Shown here in pieces: positions 1 through 10,796 of a DNA stretch of 34,240 bases. Source of the DNA: Macrostomum lignano (Eukaryota); the NCBI GenBank assembly GCA_002269645.1, contig NIVC01004818.1:1-34240 (forward strand). The letters run 5' to 3'. The notes beneath the pieces were generated by a model, which saw only the letters and a list, made by a program, of their open reading frames with translations, made no database searches and was not told where the DNA came from. Both the position numbers and the translations under genes were made by a program. Numbering within the stretch: the first letter of the stretch is position 1; the number at the start of each line of letters is the position of its first letter.

Positions 1-104
1 AAACTCTCGTTCAGTATTAGAATATGGAGTAATTTATCTACAGTTTACAGTACTTATTGAAAAATGTCAACGAGCGTCAAGATAACGCCTCCATCCGTAG
101 TTCT

Positions 105-1607
105 TTACAACCCAGCGTTAATTGCGGTTCTAATTAACGAGACTATGATAAATATGAACCCGCCTGCAAGGAGCACCGGTACCAAGTACGCTCCCACGTT
201 AGTTGAAGCGGTTTGGTAGTTTCTGATCACAACTTCCACTCGTTTCTGCTCCATTTCTGCAGCGCTTAGAGTTGTTGAAATATTCTCTGCAGCCGGCGTT
301 ACGAATGTTGTCGGGTTTGTTGGTGTTGGGAATGTTGTCGTGTCAGCGGGTGTTGGGAATGTTGTCGGGTCTGGAGGTGTTGGAAATGTTGTCGGGTCTG
401 GAGGTGTTGGGAATGTTGTCGTGTCAGCGGGTGTTGGGAATGTTGTCGAGTCTGAAGGTGTTGGGAATGTTGTCGTGTCAGCGGGTGTTGGGAATGTTGT
501 CGAGTTTGAAGGTGTTGGGAATGTTGTCGGGTCTGGAGGTGTTGGGTATGTTGTCGGGTCTGGAGGTGTTGAGAATGTTGTCGGGTCTGGAGGTGTTGGG
601 AATGTTGTCGGGTCTGGAGGTGTTGGGAATGTTGTCGTGTCAGCGGGTGTTGGGAATGTTGTCGAGTCTGAAGGTGTTGGGAATGTTGTCGTGTCAGCGG
701 GTGTTGGGAATGTTGTCGAGTCTGAAGGTGTTGGGAATGTTGTCGGTCTGGAGGTGTTGGGTATGTTGGTCGTCTGGAGGTGTTGAGAATGTTGTCGGGG
801 TCTGGAGGTGTTGGGAATGTTGTCGGTCTGGAGTGTTGGGAATGTTGTCGTGTCAGCGGTGTTGGGAATGTTGTCGAGTCTGAAGGTGTTGGGAATGTTG
901 TCGTGTCAGCGGGTGTTGGGAATGTTGTCGAGTCTGAAGGTGTTGGGAATGTTGTCGGGTCTGAAGGTGTTGGGAATGTTGTCGGTCTGAAGGTGTTGGT
1001 ATGTTGTCGGTCTGGAGGTGTTGGTATGTTGTCGGGTCTGGAGGTGTTGGGAATGTTGTCGGGTCTGAAGGTGTTGGGTATGTTGTCGGGTCTGAAGGTG
1101 TTGGGTATGTTGTCGGGTCTGAAGGTGTTGGGAATGTTGTCGGGTCTGAAGGTGTTGGGTATGTTGTCGGGTCTGGAGGTGTTGGTATGTTGTCGGGTCT
1201 GGAGGTGTTGGTATGTTGTCGGGTCTGGAGTGTTGGGTATGTTGTCGGGTCTGGAGGTGTTGGGTATGTTGTCGGGTTGGAGGTGTTGGAATGTTGTCGG
1301 TCTGAAGGGTTGGGTATGTTGTCGTGTCAGCGGGTGTTGGGAATGTTGTCGGGTCTGGAGGTGTTCCCAGCACATCAGATGTAGTACTGTCAGAGAAGGA
1401 AACAGTAGTCCCTATCGACGTAGTCACAACCGTTGCCATGGTGACATTGTTCCCTGACGTGGGAGCAGCCGTAGAGCTAGCGTAACTAGCAGTGTCAGTA
1501 GACCACGTTGTGTCAGTCACAGGCGCAGTTTGTGCCACTCGGATTAGCAGAGCTACAACCGATATAGCTGTAGCCAGCAAGGCATGTTGCTGCCTATTAG
1601 AATGCAT
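105..1607 (-). CDS. Putative type I membrane mucin-like protein: signal peptide, Ser/Thr-rich region, about 39 x 9-aa TTFPTP(P/S/A)D(P/S/T) repeats, TM helix. Frame broken by indels inside the repeat.
   Basis: ATG at 1607 gives MHSNRQQHALLATAISVVALLIRVAQT-AP (signal-peptide-like), then an S/T-rich stretch running in frame into the repeat. Hand translation from ~745 to the TAA at 105-107 gives (TTFPTPxDx)n-TNPTTFVTPAAENISTTLSAAEMEQKRVEVVIRNYQTASTNVGAYLVPVLLAGGFIFIIVSLIRTAINAGL*. Confidence 0.7.
306..1365 (-). repeat. 27-bp tandem repeat (coding mucin repeat of the antisense gene)
   Basis: Unit gggtctggaggtgttgggaatgttgtc with variants gtgtcagcg / gagtctgaa and gaat/gtat. Units are intact from 306 to ~745; single-base deletions are frequent from ~745 to 1310. 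Confidence 0.95.
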
Positions 1608-1925
1608 TGTCAGTGTCAGACTATGACAGACAAGCCAGATATGACAAGTAGTATCTTAGTGTCTTTGTCTGACACTGCCTGTAGTATAATATAAAACTAT
1701 ATATATATATATTTAACGAGTTTGAATCTCTCCACCAACTATTGGTCTTGCGTCAACTAAAAGTTTTTCGTTTACACACCTGCCTACCGACCGTTTAACT
1801 TTTCCTTTAACCAGTTAGTTAGGCTAGAAGCCACTGCAAACAGGCAGACTTTTAAAGATCAAAGTAAATACAGCTACCAGTCAATTGTGAAGATTTATTC
1901 ATAGCAACTTAACACGCCTACCTAG

Positions 1926-2055
1926 GATACAAGCGTCGACGTCCAGGGCCTGGTGGAGAACTCTGAGTACAGTTTCCGCGTATTTGCCGTCAATGAGAAC
2001 GGAAGCAGCGAGCCGCTAGAGACAACGGGGCCCATTATGGCCAAAATGCCGTTCG
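1926..2055 (+). CDS. unc-22: Twitchin exon (end of an Fn3 domain); gene begins upstream of the window
   Basis: AG|DTSVDVQGLVENSEYSFRVFAVNENGSSEPLETTGPIMAKMPF-g|GT, a typical titin-family Fn3 C-terminus. Phase 1 matches the next exon. Confidence 0.9.
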
Positions 2056-2481
2056 GTTGGTTGCCGAAAATTTCATTATGATTTTCAGACCATTGTATTG
2101 CAAATCCAGCACAGAATGTTAGATATCGTGTCCAGAGGGTTAGAATTTCTACTAGGACCTGGTTACTGTGAGTAGTGTGTTGGGGATTTTTCGGGGCTTG
2201 GAGAGGGTTCTCTAGCTCTACGTATTTGCCGCTAACACTGCACAGGTTAAGCCGGGGTTGTTGCGGTTATTGCCGACGAGTATCTCAATAATTCCGTCAG
2301 CAGACATGCAGCAGTCAGCCGTGAGCAAGCGAAAACATTAAACTTAGCTCCAGTTCACCCTAGTTTCACCCTCCAGTTCAGGGTAGGATACATTTTGAAA
2401 CAGAAGGTGAAAACCAATATTACAGGCCCTAATTTAATCTGGACATTGTGCCCTAAACTGCCAAAATTTCGCATTCGGCAG

Positions 2482-4390
2482 ACAAGCCGCAGGCACCCGG
2501 CGAGCCGGAGGCCGAGGAGGTCGGCGCCGACTTCGTGTCGCTGAGCTGGAGTCGCCGGTGTCGGACGCGGCGGCAAGATCACCGGCTACTACGTGGAGAA
2601 GCGCGAGGCCGGAGCCAGCGACGCCGCCTGGACGCGGTGAACTTCGTGCCGATTCACAACACGACCTGCAACATCCCCAACCTCATCGAGGACAAAGACT
2701 ACGAGTTCCGCGTGTTCGCTGAGAACGAAGCCGGGCTGAGCCAGCCGTCTGGCGCGTCTCGCAAGGTGACAGTGAAGGACCCGAAGGCGCAGTCCCTGCC
2801 GCAGTTCACCACCCAGCTAAAGCGCCAGCAGGTCAACGAGGGCAAGCGGGCGGAGTTCGAGGTGCAGCTGAACGGCAGCCCGCCGTTCGACGTAGTCTGG
2901 TCCAAGGGCGTCCGCGAGCTCGCGCCCTCCGGCAAGTACGACATCGGAAAGGAGGGCGACCGCTACTACCTGGTGGTGAACAACTGCTCCATCGACGACG
3001 CCGACGAGTACAGCGTCCGCGTCAGCAACCGCGCCGGGTCGCGCGCCAGCCGGGCCGACCTGACCATCCGGTCGGAGCCGAAGATCCGCAAGCCGGCGAG
3101 ATTTGACGCGCCGACGGTCATGGACAAGTGCGACAACCTCACCATCAAGCTGCCGTTCACCGCATATCCGAAACCGAGCGCCGTCTGGAAGCTCAACGGA
3201 GTCGAGCTGAAGCCGGGTAGAAAGTTCGAAATCGAACAGAAGGAGCGCCACTGCATCCTCACCGTGAACGACCTCAGCCGCGAGGACTCGGGCGTCTACA
3301 GTCTGACATTGGAGAACGACATCGGCACCGCCTCGGCCAGCATCGAGGTAACCGTCAACGACCGGCCCGATCCGCCCAAGAGCCTCCGCACGGAGGCTGT
3401 CACCGACACCAACATTGTGCTGTCCTGGCAGCCGGCGCTGGACCCAGAGCAGAGCGGAGTGTACATCAGCGGTTACGACATCGAAAAGCGGGAGCTCCCA
3501 TCGGGCAGTTGGGTCCGCTGCGCCCAGTCCCGCTTCGCCCAGGCGTCGGTTGACAGTCTGCTGCGCGACAAAGACTACGAGTTCCGCGTGATCGCCGAGA
3601 ATCTCTACGGCCGCAGTGAACCGTCGCCGTCCGTCGGGCCCTACGCCTGGCCGAGCCGCGAGTCCAGGCCCGCCGGGCCGGCGACGTCCGCTCGGAGCTC
3701 GGCGGCAAACGCGGCCACGACGGGCCGAAGCCCAGCAACTACGACTCCTGCTACAGCAACCTGTGGGACAGGCACCGGCCCTACCCCGTCAGCATCAAGA
3801 CCGGCTCGGTGTACGACGACTACGAGATCCTAGAGGAGCTTGGCAGCGGCGCCTTCGTGTGGTGCACCGCTGCAAGGAGAAGGCCACCGGCCAGATATTC
3901 GTGGCGAAGTTCATCGACACGCCTTACTCGCTGGACAAGCAGACGTGCGCAACGAGGTGAGCATCATGAACGCACTGCACCATCCCAAACTCATTAACCT
4001 GCATGACGTCTACGACGACGTGAACGAGATGGTGCTCATCATGGAGTTTCTTTCTGGTGGCGAGCTGTTCGATCGCATCGCCGACGACTCGTACAAAATG
4101 TCCGAGGCGGAGGTGATCAAGTACATGCGCCAGGTGTGCGACGGGCTCAAGCACATGCACGAGCAGGGCATTGTGCACCTGGACATTAAGCCGGAGAATC
4201 TCATATGCGAGACGTCGAAGTCCACCAGCATCAAGGTCATCGACTTCGGCTTGGCCACCCGCCTGAATCCCAACGAGACGGTGAAGGTGACCACCGCGAC
4301 TGCCGAGTTCGCCGCACCAGAGATCGCCGACAATGACGGCGTCGGGTTCTACACGGACATGTGGGCGGTTGGAGTGCTGGCCTACGTGCT
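2482..4390 (+). CDS. unc-22: Twitchin exon: Fn3-Ig-Ig-Fn3, N-terminal linker and most of the kinase domain (several apparent 1-bp deletions)
   Basis: Starts (D)KPQAPGEP...VSLSW, then YEFRVFAENEAG, Ig domains, linker HDGPKPSNYDSCYSNLWDRHRPYPVSIKTGSVYDDY. Kinase motifs: ELGSGAF, VAKFI, HLDIKPEN, DFGLA, TTATAEFAAPE, DMWAVGVLAYVL. Donor gtgagt at 4391. Frame switches near 2556, 2568, 2636, 3640-3690, 3857 and 3945. Confidence 0.95.
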
Positions 4391-4410
4391 GTGAGTGTGC
4401 GGCCGGACCG

Positions 4411-5450
4411 GGACAATTGTTCCAATAGGCATTGTTCCAAAAGGCACTGCTCCAATAGGCATTGTTCCAAAAGGCACTGTTCCAATAGGCACTGTTCCAA
4501 TAGGCACTGTTCCAAAAGGCACTGTTCCAATAGGCACTGTTCCAATAGGCACTGTTCCAATAGGCACTGTTCCAATAGGCACTGCTCCAATAGACACTGT
4601 TCCAATAGGCACTGCTCCAATAGACACTGTTCCAATAGGCACTGCTCCAATAGGCACTGTTCCAATAGGCACTGTTCCAATAGGCACTGTTCCAATAGGC
4701 ACTGTTCCAATAGGCACTGTTCCAATAGGCACTGCTCCAATAGGCACTGCTCCAATAGACACACTCCAATAGACACACTCCAATAGACACACTCCAATAG
4801 ACACACTCCAATAGACACACTCCAATAGACACACTCCGATAGACACACTCCAATAGACACACTCCAATAGACAAACTCCAATAGACACACTCCAATAGAC
4901 ACACTCCAATAGACACACTCCAATAGACACACTCCGATAGACACACTCCAATAGACACACTCCAATAGACAAACTCCAATAGACACACTCCAATAGACAC
5001 ACTCCGATAGACACACTCCAATAGACACACTCCAATAAACACACTCCGATAGACACACTCCAATAGACACACTCCAATAGACACACTCCAATAGACACAC
5101 TCCAATAGACACACTCCAATAGACACACTCCAATAGACACACTCCAATAGACAAACTCCAATAGACACACTCCAATAGACAAACTCCAATAGACACACTC
5201 CAATAAACACACTCCGATAAACACACTCCAATAGACACACTCCAATAGACACACTCCGATAGACACACTCCGATAGACACACTCCGATAGACACACTCCA
5301 ATAGACACACTCCAATAGACACACTCCAATAGACACACTCCAATAGACACACTCCGATAGACACACTCCAATAGACACACTCCAATAGACACACTCCGAT
5401 AGACACACTCCAATAGACACACTCCGATAGACACACTCCAATAGACACAC
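4411..5450. repeat. Compound intronic minisatellite: 15-mer (ggcactgttccaata) changing to 14-mer (gacacactccaata)
   Basis: Read directly. Fills intron 4391-5470 except about 20 nt at each end. Confidence 0.97.
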
Positions 5451-5470
5451 TGCTGTCCTCTCCATTCCAG

Positions 5471-5746
5471 GCTAAGCGGTTTGTCGCCATTCGCTGGCAA
5501 TGACGACTACGAGACTCTTGGCAACGTGAAAAAGTGCGACTGGGACTTCGATCGGGACGCTTTCGCCAGCGTGTCAGACGAGGCGCGGGACTTCATTAAG
5601 AGCCTGCTAGTCAGACGGCCAGAAAAACGGCTGACTGTGCACGAGGCCCTGGACCATCCGTGGCTGCAGCGGGCCGCCGAAGGTCTGGACAAGAGGATTC
5701 CGCCAGCCGCTACGATAAACTACGGCAGAAGATGCAAGATCTGCAT
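5471..5746 (+). CDS. unc-22: Twitchin exon: kinase C-lobe and start of the autoregulatory tail
   Basis: ccag|(L)LSGLSPFAGNDDYETLGNVKKCDWDFDRDAF...LTVHEALDHPWL...RIP(x)SRYDKLRQKMQDLH|gtaag, with one 1-bp deletion near 5703. Confidence 0.93.
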
Positions 5747-5873
5747 GTAAGCACTTGGAATTAACCGATTAGGAGATGTAGATTAAGAACATAATCTCAA
5801 AAAATACTCGCCAATCTCAGTATCTTCTACTCAAAATAAGTAGACTATCGCTGAATTTCAACTTTTTTTGCAG

Positions 5874-5976
5874 CCTAATTGGTTTGGCGGCAATCTGGGC
5901 ATTGCTCGACTGGCCGACTTTAGCTCGTTGCGAAAGCTGAGAATGAAAGAGTTCCAGATGCACGAGACCAGCTTTG
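5874..5976 (+). CDS. unc-22: Twitchin exon: C-terminal regulatory domain (not in ORF track)
   Basis: ttttgcag|PNWFGGNLGIARLADFSSLRKLRMKEFQMHETSF-g|gtgagt, resembling the twitchin tail motif (IGRIANFSSLRK). Phases 0/1 fit the neighbouring exons. Confidence 0.88.
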
Positions 5977-6026
5977 GTGAGTACCAGGGCAAAACCACTC
6001 TTTATGACAGTAGGAGAAGCTAATCA

Positions 6027-6769
6027 TCTCTATGACCAGTGGGAAGCGAATCTCTATGACCAGTGGGAAGCGAATCTCTATGACCAGTGGGAAGCGAATC
6101 TCTATGACCAGTGGGAAGCGAATCTCTATGACCAGTGGGAAGCGAATCTCTATGACCAGTGGGAAGCAAATCTCTATGACCAGTGGGAAGCCACTCTTTG
6201 TGACCGTATGGGAAGCCACTAGTCTGTATATGACTGTTAGGGAAGCCACTAGTCTCTATATGACTGTTAGGGAAGCCACTAGTCTCTATATGACTGTTAG
6301 GGAAGCCACTAGTCTCTATATGACTGTTAGGGAAGCCACTAGTCTCTATATGACTGTTAGGGAAGCCACTAGTCTCTATATGACTGTTAGGGAAGCCACT
6401 AGTCTCTATATGACTGTTAGGGAAGCCACTAGTCTCTATATGACTGTTAGGGAAGCCACTAGTCTCTATATGACTGTTAGGGAAGCCACTAGTCTCTATA
6501 TGACTGTTAGGGAAGCCACTAGTCTCTATATGACTGTTAGGGAAGCCACTAGTCTCTATATGACTGTTAGGGAAGCCACTAGTCTCTATATGACTGTTAG
6601 GGAAGCCACTAGTCTCTATATGACTGTTAGGGAAGCCACTAGTCTCTATATGACTGTTAGGGAAGCCACTAGTCTCTATATGACTGTTAGGGAAGCCACT
6701 AGTCTCTATATGACTGTTAGGGAAGCCACTAGTCTCTATATGACTGTTAGGGAAGCCACTAGTCTCTAC
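6027..6769. repeat. Compound intronic minisatellite: 24-mer (ctctatgaccagtgggaagcgaat) followed by a related 30-mer (ggaagccactagtctctatatgactgttag)
   Basis: Read directly, within intron 5977-6819. Confidence 0.97.
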
Positions 6770-6819
6770 ATGTATATGACGCAGCCATCCAAACTGATAA
6801 ATGCCATCAAAATCCCCAG

Positions 6820-7052
6820 ACCGTCGCGAGGCCGTGCCCCGTTTCGTGCTGCGCTCAAAGAACGCCTACTGCCTGGAGGGCCAGAACGCCGTATTCGAGT
6901 GCAAGGTGCTGTCAATCTCGCCACCCATTGTCACCTGGGCTAGGAACGACGAGGCACTGATGCAGTCGGTGAAGTACATGCAGCGCTACGCCGGACACGA
7001 CTTCTCGCTAAAGATCAACCGTGTCAAGCCGGAGGACGGAGGGGATTATCAG
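6820..7052 (+). CDS. unc-22: Twitchin exon: first post-kinase Ig domain
   Basis: cccag|(D)RREAVPRFVLRSKNAYCLEGQNAVFECKV...W...SLKINRVKPEDGGDYQ|gt. Confidence 0.92.
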
Positions 7053-7193
7053 GTGACTTGATGGCATTGTTTTGATGGCGGTAATTCATTTTAGGGTTTT
7101 TAGGTATCAAAGTAAGTTACTGATGAACTCTCAACGTTGTTCATTTTTATGTCACATTTTAGACTGGTGAGTTTGACATTTTTCGGCATCGAA

Positions 7194-7490
7194 CTCTGGA
7201 CATTTAGGAAATTATAGATAGCCCACTCTGAAGATTTAGGAAATCATTGATAGCCCACTCTGGACATTTAGGAAATCATAGATAGCCAACTCTGGACATT
7301 TAGGAAATCATAGATAGCCAACTCTGGACATTTAGGAAATCATAGATAGCCAACTCTGGACATTTAGGAAATCATAGATAGCCCACTCTGGACATTTAGG
7401 AAATCATAGATAGCCCCCCTCTGGACATTTAGGAAATCATAGATAGCCCCCCTCTGGACATTTAGGAAATCATAGATAGCCAACTCTGGA
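7194..7490. repeat. 32-bp intronic minisatellite (ctctggacatttaggaaatcatagatagccaa)
   Basis: About 9 copies in intron 7053-7518. Confidence 0.95.
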
Positions 7491-7518
7491 CAAAGATAGC
7501 CTCGCAATCCCACGCCAG

Positions 7519-7830
7519 GTGAAAGCGGAGAACTCCTTCGGCCGCAAGGAGGCCACCATCAAGTTGCACGTGGAGCCGATGGCCCCCAAGGACAACCTGG
7601 AGCCGGCCGAGAGGACGCCAAGACCCCGGAAGTCGCCGTCGCCGCTGCCCGAGCTGTGGAAGGAGCCGGACAGGCCGGCCAAGGTCACCTTCCCGCTGCG
7701 GAATCGCTTCATTCAGGAGGGCGGCTTTGTCAAGCTCAGCTGCACCTTTGACGGCCTGCCGCCGCCGGAGGTGTTCTGGACAAAGGACGGTCGCGAGCTG
7801 CAGCCGCGGGGCAAGGATTACAACCTGCAG
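7519..7830 (+). CDS. unc-22: Twitchin exon: end of one Ig domain, Pro-rich linker, start of the next Ig domain
   Basis: ccag|VKAENSFGRKEATIKLHV...FPLRNRFIQEGGFVKLSCTFDGLPPPEVFWTKDG...YNLQ|gtgcgt. Confidence 0.92.
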
Positions 7831-7982
7831 GTGCGTCTGCGGGAGAGAGAATACAGTCTATCAACTGTTGGGACTTTAGTAGCTGCGTGTTGCTGTTCTG
7901 GTACTTTCAGCTGCTAGCTCTATACAAAGTCCTTTATCCCAGCCTGTGATCCCATTGTTAATCCCAGTCTATGGTCCCGAGT

Positions 7983-8817
7983 TTAACCCTGAGCTGAACT
8001 CTGAGCTGAACCCTGAGCTGAACCCTGAGCTGAACCCTGAGCTGAACCCTGAGCTGAACCCTGAGCTGAACCCTGAGCTGAACCCTGAGCTGAACTCTGA
8101 GCTGAACCCTGAGCTGAACCCTGAGCTGAACCCTGAGCTGAACCCTGAGCTGAACCCTGAGCTGAACCCTGAGCTGAACCCTGAGCTGAACCCTGAGCTG
8201 AACCCTGAGCTGAACCCTGAGCTGAACCCTGAGCTGAACCCTGAGCTGAACCCTGAGCTGAACCCTGAGCTGAACCCTGAGCTGAACCCTGAGCTGAACC
8301 CTGAGCTGAACCCTGAGCTGAACCCTGAGCTGAACCCTGAGCTGAACCCTGAGCTGAACCCTGAGCTGAACCCTGAGCTGAACCCTGAGCTGAACCCTGA
8401 GCTGAACCCTGAGCTGAACCCTGAGCTGAACCCTGAGCTGAACCCTGAGCTGAACCCTGAGCTGAACCCTGAGCTGAACCCTGAGCTGAACCCTGAGCTG
8501 AACCCTGAGCTGAACCCTGAGCTGAACCCTGAGCTGAACCCTGAGCTGAACCCTGAGCTGAACCCTGAGCTGAACCCTGAGCTGAACCCTGAGCTGAACC
8601 CTGAGCTGAACCCTGAGCTGAACCCTGAGCTGAACCCTGAGCTGAACCCTGAGCTGAACCCTGAGCTGAACCCTGAGCTGAACCCTGAGCTGAACCCTGA
8701 GCTGAACCCTGAGCTGAACCCTGAGCTGAACCCTGAGCTGAACCCTGAGCTGAACCCTGAGCTGAACCCTGAGCTGAACCCTGAGCTGAACCCTGAGCTG
8801 AACCCTGAGCTGAACTC
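7983..8817. repeat. Near-perfect 12-bp intronic tandem repeat (ctgagctgaacc), about 69 copies
   Basis: Read directly. Ends about 15 nt before the acceptor at 8831-8832. Confidence 0.98.
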
Positions 8818-8832
8818 CGCCCTCTCCCGCAG

Positions 8833-9705
8833 GTTGTCAGCGGCGTGGCCAGCCTGGAGATTTTCTCCGCCAGCACGCAGGACTCCGGCCGCTATTCGGT
8901 CCGGGTGAAGAACGCCAAAGGCGAGGACGAGACCCAGTGCAAGCTGGACGTCTGCGAGAGTCGCGTCAAGTCGGCTGGCTCAGGCGGCAGCGGCGTCCGC
9001 TTCAAAGAGTCAATGAGCGTCGACCGGCTCAGCGAGACCTACTCGCGATCGCAGCGCAGCGGCGCAGGTGGCGGTTCCTCCACCATCGTCGAGGAGAAGT
9101 ACAGTCTGGAGTTCGAGTCCACATCGACCAGTTCAACGTCGCGCACGGAGATGCGCTCATCGACTAGCGCCACCTCCGTGAGCCGCGCGTCGGAGCGGAG
9201 CTCCCGGCAGAAACAGACGGAGATATCCACGTCATCAGCGTCCGAGGCCCCCAAAGCGGCCCCTGAGGTCACAAAGAAGCTGCCAGCAGCCCTGACAGCC
9301 AAGGAGGGCGACCGGGTCGAGCTGAGCTGCACCTTCAACGCCGCTGCCGATGACATCGGCATCGCCTGGGACCTGGACGGCAAGCCGGCGCAGGCCGAGG
9401 AGGGCGCTCTCGAGATCCGCACGTCGGGCACCTCGTCAAGCCTCCTGCTGCCCGACGCTCTGGTGGAGGACTCCGGCCTGTACACCTGCACCTGCTCGGC
9501 AAGCGGCGCCTCCGCCAAGACCTCCTGCCGTCTGACTGTTGAAGCGCCGAAGGCGCAGGCGGCCCAGGTGAAAATCGACGCGCATCCGCGGTCGCTGTCG
9601 GTCAAAGACGGCGAGCCGTTCGAGCTGGCGCTTAAAGCGTCCGGCGGGGTGACGGCCGTGCGGTGGACGGCGAACGGAAAACCGGTGTCGGCCGATTTTG
9701 AGCAG
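8833..9705 (+). CDS. unc-22: Twitchin exon: Ig end, Ser-rich linker, one Ig domain, start of the next Ig domain
   Basis: gcag|VVSGVASLEIF...DSGRYSVRVKNAKGEDET..., then VELSCTF...W...DSGLYTC, ending DFEQ|gtgag. 873 nt, phase 0/0. Confidence 0.9.
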
Positions 9706-9729
9706 GTGAGACTGGCTGCTTGAATGACT

Positions 9730-10250
9730 TTTATCTGACACAAACTATGACCCCCATCTGACACAATAGTGACTCCTATCTGACGCCAACTATGACCTCC
9801 ATCTGACACTAATAGTGACTCCTATCTGACGCAAACTATGACCCTCATCTGACACTAATAGTGACTCCTATCTGACGCCAACTATGACCGTCATCTGACA
9901 CTAATAGTGACTCCTATCTGACACAAACAATGACCTCCATCTGACACTAATAGTGACTCCTATCTGACACTAACTATGACCTCCATCTGACACTAATAGT
10001 GACTCCTATCTGACACTAACTATGACCCCATCTGACACTAACTATGACCCCATCTGACACTAATACTGACTCCTATCTGACACTAACTATGACCCCATCT
10101 GACACTAATAGTGACTCCTGTCTGACATCAACTATAACCCCATCTGACACTAATAGTGACTCCTATCTGACACTAACTATGACCCCATCTGACACTAATA
10201 GTGACTCCTGTCTGACATCAACTATAACCCCATCTGACACTAATAGTATC
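9730..10250. repeat. 45-bp intronic minisatellite built from two related ~22-23-bp halves
   Basis: Unit tgactcctatctgacactaactatgaccccatctgacactaatag, with degenerate copies to ~10385. Confidence 0.93.
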
Positions 10251-10449
10251 TGCCTATTTAACATCAAAAATGACCATCTGACACAAAGAATGAACCAAAT
10301 CTAAAACTACTAAAGGTTCCTATATGCCATATGGAATCAGGTAAAACTTCTATATGACACTATGACTCCCCTATCTGACACCAACAATGACTCTTCATTC
10401 CAACAAAAGCGTTCAGACAGGCAGTGCAACCGCAACCCAATGCCAACAG

Positions 10450-10708
10450 GTCTCGGATCCGGCATCAGGCGCATTCTCACTGAAGTCCGTGGAGGCGCTT
10501 TTCCCCGACGACTCCGGCCAGTACCGAGCCGAACTGCTCGCCGCTGACTCAGCCGTCGCCGCCGTGGCCCAGTGCTCCGTTCGGGTGGCCCCGCCGCCTG
10601 ACGAGCCGGACGCTCCGTCCGAGCTGCTGGAGACTTTCCCGGAGTCGGCGACGGTCCAGGCCGGCGCGGTCACCGTGGCCTGCAAAGCTAAGCTGCCTGG
10701 ACTGACAG
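10450..10708 (+). CDS. unc-22: Twitchin exon: Ig end and start of the last Ig domain
   Basis: caacag|VSDPASGAFSLKSVEALFPDDSGQYRAEL...CSVRV...TVACKAKLPGLT-g|gtacc. An alternative in-frame acceptor exists at 10416. Confidence 0.82.
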
Positions 10709-10796
10709 GTACCCAATATTATTCTATATTGCAACACGCGTTTTTACTACTGACTGTTCAGTAGCGAGCCATCCGTAGACACAGTTCTATTTTGGC

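Noticed and set aside
272-1457. Plus-strand ORFs (GVGNVV / LGMLS repeats)
   Set aside because: They lack coherent termini. Only the minus-strand TTFPTP frame connects to a signal peptide and a TM helix.
3924-5500. Three long minus-strand ORFs
   Set aside because: Antisense read-through of the kinase exon and an intronic repeat, with no protein-like unique sequence.
7946-8908. (NPEL)n and (SAQG)n ORFs
   Set aside because: 12-bp intronic repeat. Exons 7519-7830 and 8833-9705 join in frame without it.
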